A stretch of 64,000 nt of DNA from Antedon mediterranea (lineage: Eukaryota > Animalia > Echinodermata), in NCBI RefSeq assembly GCF_964355755.1, contig NC_092676.1, positions 18,928,871 to 18,992,870 of the forward strand, written 5' to 3'. The notes beneath the pieces were generated by a model, which saw nothing but the letters and a program-made list of their open reading frames with translations, did no database searches and had not been told where the DNA came from. Each line of letters begins with the position of its first letter. Within the stretch, counting starts at the first letter, position 1. The position numbers were made by a program, and so were the translations under genes. Shown in pieces: positions 49,101-64,000 of this stretch.

Positions 49101-52100
49101 ATGATATGCGGTTTTGGGAATAAATTTATAATAATTTAATTTTGATAATATAATTAAAATTATAAATTAAGTTTGTTTTATGGCACGCTCATGATAATTC
49201 TCATTGGCATGTCATAGCCAGGTAGGTTAACCGTCCCAGTTTTGGGCGTTACAGCTTCTGGTATTATTGATTTCTTCAACTTCGTTGCAAATACAGACAC
49301 AGCTGAATTAATTATTTTAGACATTATTTGAGATGTTTGCAAATGAAACCAGTGGCATAAGTTTTTGTCTAGAAGATCGCATTATTATGCTATGAAGATG
49401 AGTGATAACTGAAGAGGGTTCTAAGGAAATCTGCAGATTTCCCCGTTAGAGCTAAATTAATCTGGAATTAAACAAGAATTCTTGAATTATTTTGTAATAC
49501 AATATATTATCTTCAGAACTAAGGGTTACATTTTTTTAATTCAGTGATGTGTCATACGTTAATTTATATTCAGTATTACTAATATCTTTTTGTTAGGGGA
49601 AAATATATTCTTTAAGCTAAATCATAATTATCAAACTCAGTAAATTTTACATATTGTGTTGATGCAATAAATTAGAATATCAAATATTCCTTTTAAGCTA
49701 GTTATTATTTTATACCATGTTAAAAGCCTCAGCTAAATAATTAATTTGAATGTTATCACCATGGGCATTCTTGGAGGACATCATAGTGTGGTCATATTAT
49801 GCCATTGTATTAGATTCTAGATGTCATTTTGTTATTTTCTTTTTTTGTTCATTAATATGTGTGTGTGTGTGGTACCATTGTCATACCCTTTTCTGAGATC
49901 CTTCCCCAAAATAATAATTAATAATATCTCATACTCTTGAAAAAAAAAAATTTTAGTGACGTCATAAGTTATCCTAACCGCATGTGTTTGATAAAAATAG
50001 TATTTTGACAAATAATGCATAATTTCAGCTTCAATATTTTTTATTTAAATACATTAAAGCTGAACAGCAGGTATTAAAATGATGTAGTTTAATGGAAAAC
50101 TTGTAAAATTAATATTACGGCTAAAAATTGGTGTCACTTGATGAAAAAAAAAATTGCATGCTGGCAGGCGTAGGCACACCAGTGTTATCACTTTGTGGTA
50201 TCACTGACGACATTTTACTATGACAATGTTCCCAACATTTATCAGTTATTTTCAGATACTTTCATTGTGTTTTTGTATATACATTGTTCAGTAGTAGTAC
50301 AGTATTAATGATTTCAGTAGTGTTTTTAGCATGCTTGTAAATTTTGATTTTGTTTCGTTCTCTGAATTATTTTTGTTACACACACTAATGTGAAATATTT
50401 CAATAACGTAAATGCAAATAATGGCAATTGTGCATTTATTTAATATTGGCATTGACACATTTGAATACTGTATATCCAAACATATAAATACATATCGCAA
50501 TTTACATCTGTTTTACATAAAATACCCTTTATAAAAAAACATAATAATATATTTATTATTGTATTTTTAAATTGATTAACACCAAATATTCTTAACAACA
50601 TTGATTTAACATATTGTAATGTAGTGTAATCCATCAATTAGAGACCATTTAATTGTAGCCCAGATGAACGTAGCCTAATTATCAAGAAATCCAAAACTGA
50701 CAACTAAAGAAAATAAGTGGACAATTTTGGGAAGGCAGATTCGTACTAGCTAGAGCCTATAGTGCATGAATCCTTTGTGTGTACACCTTTTTTCTAGATC
50801 AGGGATCCACCCTTAATAATGGTCTTTAATTGGAGGAATAAACATTGTTCAAAGTAACTAATTGTATATATATATTTTTCTTACAGGGTTTAGAATGATG
50901 GTTTTAACAAGATAACAGTTGGTAAAGACTATCCCAAAACTATTTAATAGTACACAATGTAATTCTTCTCTCTAAATTAAATGAATAAAGCTAAGGCATG
51001 GGAAATTAATTAGTACATGGTTCTCATCACCCATCAACATGCACAATTTGGACCTCTGTCAAAAAGGTTCATTTTTTCCAATAAATAAATATCGAGAATG
51101 ATTGTGAAAGTTTTCATTCGCTTCTGTTTATATATTTCACAAAACATGACTTTTCACAAGTTAATGTCGAAGTGTATGCCATGGTTTGGTAATAGGTACC
51201 ACATACTGACCTGTTAAGTCTTATAAATGTATGCAACATTTTGTGCATGTGATATTAATATAGCGAAATCCTGCCACACCAATATTTTGAGATGTGTTGA
51301 TGATTACCATATAATGTATTTCCCCTGGCCTAATGAATAGAACAAGAAGGAGTTTGATATATATTGTAACTGCCGTTTATATCATAATTATACTGGCAAA
51401 TCAAAATTGGAATTTTTCATCTATAGGCATAGCTGTTGAATTTGCTAAATGTGTATTTTGTATATCTCCCTTTAAATTTGTCAGGAAAAATATTTTCAAT
51501 GAAATTCCAATGATATCCTAAAGTTTGATGTTCAGATGTATATAATCTTATAATAATATTAGTATTATTAATATAATAATCGTATAGGCCTACAGCAATT
51601 ATTATGTTAACATTAAATTTACATTTGAGGTATGTACAACTTATTGGCTCTTAATTGCATCTGTTATACCAAACATGTCGGCAAAGTTTATACAGTACTT
51701 TTTTTTTTTTTTTGGTTTGCAGTGTTTATTTAAATTAGTTTGAAACTCCTTCATGTTTTATTCATAGTCTTAGTTGTCTACATTTTCATTCTGCCGAAAC
51801 TAATCTTATTTCATACTTTAACTCCAGAACTACAGCATGTTTCACTTCACAAAATAACTTGTAAAAAATAACCACATTTGATTCAATTTTAAAAGATATA
51901 ACAGCCTGATTCTGTTCTTTTGTTGACGTATTGGCATATTCAATGTTGGACATTTCTGTATTGTCTATAAGTACATACTAATGAATTAGCCTGTGCTAAT
52001 TAATGTGTAGAAGAAGCAGATCCACTCAACAAATTTTCTTTTGCATAAAAGCTTGTTATTATTTAGATTGAATATGCCAGATGACATCACTCTGATTTGG

Positions 52101-54479
52101 GAGGGAGAGAAATCACGGAAGCAATATTCAGAAGTGACTCTATAAACACCTGAATCACCTGCCTCATTCAATCTGTATCTATCCTGATTGGGTTTTTCGC
52201 CCAACCGCCTGTCCATTTAACTTGTTTTGTATGTGTAAATGGTCATAAGAAATAACATAGATTCTATATTTTTGTTTTCGCTATGCTGTTTATCGCGCTT
52301 ACCATTACCAATCATCTGTTTAAATTGGCCTTTATTCCCTAAAGGACTGTAGTCGATATCCATTTTGTTCTTAGTTGAGTGAAACAATGCTGTTATCTTC
52401 TATCTGCTATAACTATCTGTATCATTTCATTCACTTTCCACTTCATCAAACCATCTCTAAAATATTTTCTTTGATTAATATTTTTTATCTATTGTTGCTG
52501 TGATTTGTAAGTTCACCAGTAAGGTCTGTTCACACTAGTACTAAAACCTTTTTAAAAAAATGAATAGCAAAAAACAATAGATTTAACATTACCAAATGTA
52601 TGTCTGGAACAGGTTTCTTGTATTTTGTAGTTATTTTCCTCATAGTCATTCATTCTTATGCTTGGTCTACACTACCAAACTAATTTGACAAAACAAGTGT
52701 GATGTGCCAAATTATGGTAGTGATACATACGCGCATCACATTTCTTTTGTCCCATAATGTTTGACAGAGCTTTAGGTACAGAGACTGTTGGGTCTAAACT
52801 GGAAGAGATAATTAGCCTAGTGGAACACTTAAGGGACTCCTTTGGGAACCAATGAAATTTCCGGTGTTGGCTGTAGTGTTAAAAATATATTAACTATCTT
52901 TCATTACTCTCATCTCTCATAGTGTGTCCTCTAAATAGAAGTATCCCAAAAGAAGTTCTGCAGTATATAGATTATTATGCTTTCCCAACTTTGATGGGAA
53001 CAAACTGGTTTCTTCTCTTTATTTAGAAATTAACAAAGGTACTGTACTGTAATAATGTGTAGTGCATGCAATTTTTTCCATTTACCTGCTTGATAAAAAA
53101 ATGACTTTCATGTTTAAACATAGTCTACACATAACAAAACTAGTTAGAAATTAGTGTATTTAAAATGTGAAATAATATATGAAACATTATTAAAGCCTAG
53201 TTCACACTGACACAAGTTGTGTTTAATCTGCCAGCACTACTACCACCACAGAATTGACTACTACATCATAATTGTTGTGTGAATCATCCCTAATGTGTAC
53301 ATATCTACAATTTAGTGTATTGCAATCTGTATCTTGTGTTTCAACTTTGACATCATCCAAATCTTTAAATTGAGTAGCTTTATCAGGAAAATTGCTATTA
53401 TTAATGGAATAAAACTACCATTTTAATTATGACAGCAAATATATAAATGATGATGTAGTTATTGTGATTATTAAATACATTTGTAATGTTTTTTTAATAT
53501 TGCTTGTTCAGTTTTTTTTTTTGAAATGTTAAAGTACTAATTTGTTAGGCTGTACAGTAACGACATCGGAATTATAAATTGTTTTAAATTCAGTTATATT
53601 ACTAAATGTTCAAAAGATACAACAGTACAGCAAAACCCCCTCCCCTATCCATTCCATACAAAGTGTCCCCTAAATGGGGGTGTCCCCGGAGTAGGAGTTG
53701 TTCATAGTGGTAAACATATATTGCCCCTTGTTCATTTAACAAAAGTGTCCCCTAAATATGGTTGTCCTGAAAGGAGGATCTGTTTTATTTTGTACTGACC
53801 AATAATACATTTTAGAATTTCTTTTTGAACTGGTTCTCTGGTTTTTTTTCCAACAAAAATATGTGGGAACTTTATTAATGTCTTGTTCATTTTGAGAATA
53901 ACATGCGGCAGTTTCACATTTATTTATTTTTTTAAAAGTAGCGCCACAGTATTTGCCTATTTCAGTGTGAAATGACACGAACAGGCCTGCCCGTCTCAAC
54001 ACATCTTTCAATCTAAGGTACATAACGCAGGCTGCACGACATGGTGACAGCGTATAGAATTGATGAAGGTGTTTGCCAATTTCACACAGGTGATAACAGT
54101 GTAAGGGTGAACTTCATCTCTCATTTCTCAAAATGGATCTTAACAATGACAATTAAGAAGACTGGTCAACTCAACAACAATAAAAAAGCATCAGAAAATC
54201 CATCATTATTTGCATGGTTTATATATTATTAATTTATTTCTGTCATGCTGGTTACAAAGTAAATATAATTCCATTGAATTAAATAAACTGACAAAATAAT
54301 TTATATATTGATCAACAATATTCTGTAACCAAAATTAAATAAAATTTTAGTAGGCCTACTGTTGCATAGGAAACACAATGACAAATATACCAACTTAGTC
54401 AATAATGAATGTTTATTACTAATATAAATTGTGTATTATGAAGAAATTAGCCCAACTGACTGGTTATATCACCCTGTCT

Positions 54480-55430
54480 ATGGCTATTCCTACATGTGTA
54501 ACACACCCAGGTAGTTGGACCACATATCATCCCTGATGAACACTTAGAACAGGACCACCTTTCCATTGTACCATGGCTATTCCTACATGTGTAACATACA
54601 CCCAGGTAGTTGGACCACAATCATCCCTGATGAACACTTAGAACAGGACCACCTTTTCAGTGGACCATGGCTGTTTCTACATGTGTAACATACACCCAGG
54701 TAGTTGGACCACAATCATCCCTGATGAACACTTAGAACAGGACCACCTTTTCAGTGGACCATGGCTGTTTCTACATGTGTAACATACACCCAGGTAGTTG
54801 GACCACATATCATCCCTGATAAACACTTAGAGCAGGACCACCTTTCAAGTGGACCATGGCTGTTTCTACATGTGTAACATACACCCAGGTAGTTGGACCA
54901 CATATCATCCCTGATAAACACTTAGAACAGAACCACCTTTTCAGTGGACCATGGCTATTCCTACATGTGTAACATACACCCAGGTAGTTGGACCACATAT
55001 CATCCCTGATAAACACTTAGAACAGGACCACCTTTTCAGTGGACCATGGCTATTCCTACATGTGTAACATACACCCAGGTAGTTGGACCACATATCATCC
55101 CTGATGAACACTTAGAACAGAACCACCTTTTCAGTGGACCATGGCTGTTTCTACATGTGTAACATACACCCAGGTACAGTAGTTGGACCACATATCATCC
55201 CTGATAAACACTTAGAACAGGACCACCTTTCCAGTGGACCATGGCTGTTTCTACCTGTGTAACATACACCCAGGTGGTTGAAACACATGTCATTTCTGAT
55301 GAACACATACACAAAACTATTTTCCTAGTCCATGGCTATGGACCATGGCTATTCCTACATGTGTAATGCCCAGTGGAACACATGTCATCATGGCTATTTA
55401 GGTATGGGACTCTAAACACATGTGGTTGGA
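54480..55430. repeat. Tandem array, about 95-bp unit, about 9-10 copies, just 3' of the ZNF143 stop codon
   Basis: ATGGCT(A/G)TT(C/T)CTACATGTGTAACATACACCCAGGTAGTTGGACCAC... starts at 54480, 54573, 54667, 54761, 54856, 54951, 55046, 55141, 55241. Confidence 0.92.
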
Positions 55431-55529
55431 CCACTACAGTTATTTAACTTATTTTATATGACTATTGCACAAGAATACCCATTAAGTGCAAGAATTTGAT
55501 TGATAGTGTTGAAGGATTTTGGGTGCTCT

Positions 55530-63374
<7,845 letters not shown>

Positions 63375-64000
63375 GGTAGAGCATAAACTATAGAAACAAT
63401 TAAATGATATATTCAGATGTTTGTCAAATGAATGACACAGACAGTGTTCTAATGCAGAGTCCAAAGGCCCCTATGCAAGGGCCTTCTTCTGGACCTAAAT
63501 CATTAAAAAGATAAATATTTTGGCAAATATGGCATTTCATATGTATGCATACAATACTACTTTCATGAGCTTCGTATTTTCAGACAAAAATCGAAACACT
63601 GAGTAGTGGACTAATAAAAGACAATAGCTACAGACTTGGGGCAAGTCTAGAAAGCCTCCAACACCATTGAGGAAAAGTCAGTGGCCAATTTTTTGATGTA
63701 TTTTAATGCAGTCTTTTGTCATATATTTACTGTAAATGTTAATACTTTAAACTTCTAATTCTGACTTTTGTGTGTCAACATTGATGAAATTGTGCTAAAA
63801 CAAAAGGCAGCCATATACATGTACTTATTTAACTTTCCCTAAATAGTATACAGTACTACAGTTTTTATACTTTACTGTTCTGTAGGCCTTTTCGGAATTG
63901 TATTTTATTTTGTGGGCTCTGCTCTGGGGTCCCAAGGTTTAGCCAGTGATTGTGCATAGCCGTTATGCCACTGGGGACAGGGTCTCTTGAATGGGTTTTT

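Noticed and set aside
54480-55430. CRISPR-like regular array (also 28810-29300)
   Set aside because: Whole units repeat with no unique spacers, the context is eukaryotic, and there are no cas genes.

Overview
AT-rich, intron-rich animal genomic DNA, an invertebrate and by inference an echinoderm-like deuterostome. Four spliced host genes can be built by hand. (1-2) Two tandem minus-strand paralogues (A 7239-13526, B 18274-26747) each have six coding exons. They encode three N-terminal U1C/matrin/JAZ-type C2H2 zinc fingers fused to a RIG-I/Dicer-family DExH helicase, with no CARD and no C-terminal RLR domain visible. Paralogue B is split inside exon 2 by a complete, apparently very recent Ty3/Gypsy LTR retrotransposon. 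(3) DNAJC5/cysteine string protein lies on + (28363-46153), head-to-head with B. (4) ZNF143/Staf lies on - (55530-63374). The rest is a dense set of non-autonomous DNA transposons (hAT-, PIF/Harbinger-, Tc1/mariner-pogo-, MULE- and Helentron-like), SINE/LINE remnants and tandem repeats, including a multi-level nest in DNAJC5 intron 1. Two observations stand out. The first is the zinc-finger + RLR-type helicase architecture. The second is a pervasive micro-insertion process converting TA into TA-GGCC-TA (and G1-3C1-3 variants), shown by several paralogue/repeat-copy comparisons and reaching coding exons in frame. All coordinates and splice models were read by eye; no searches were run.
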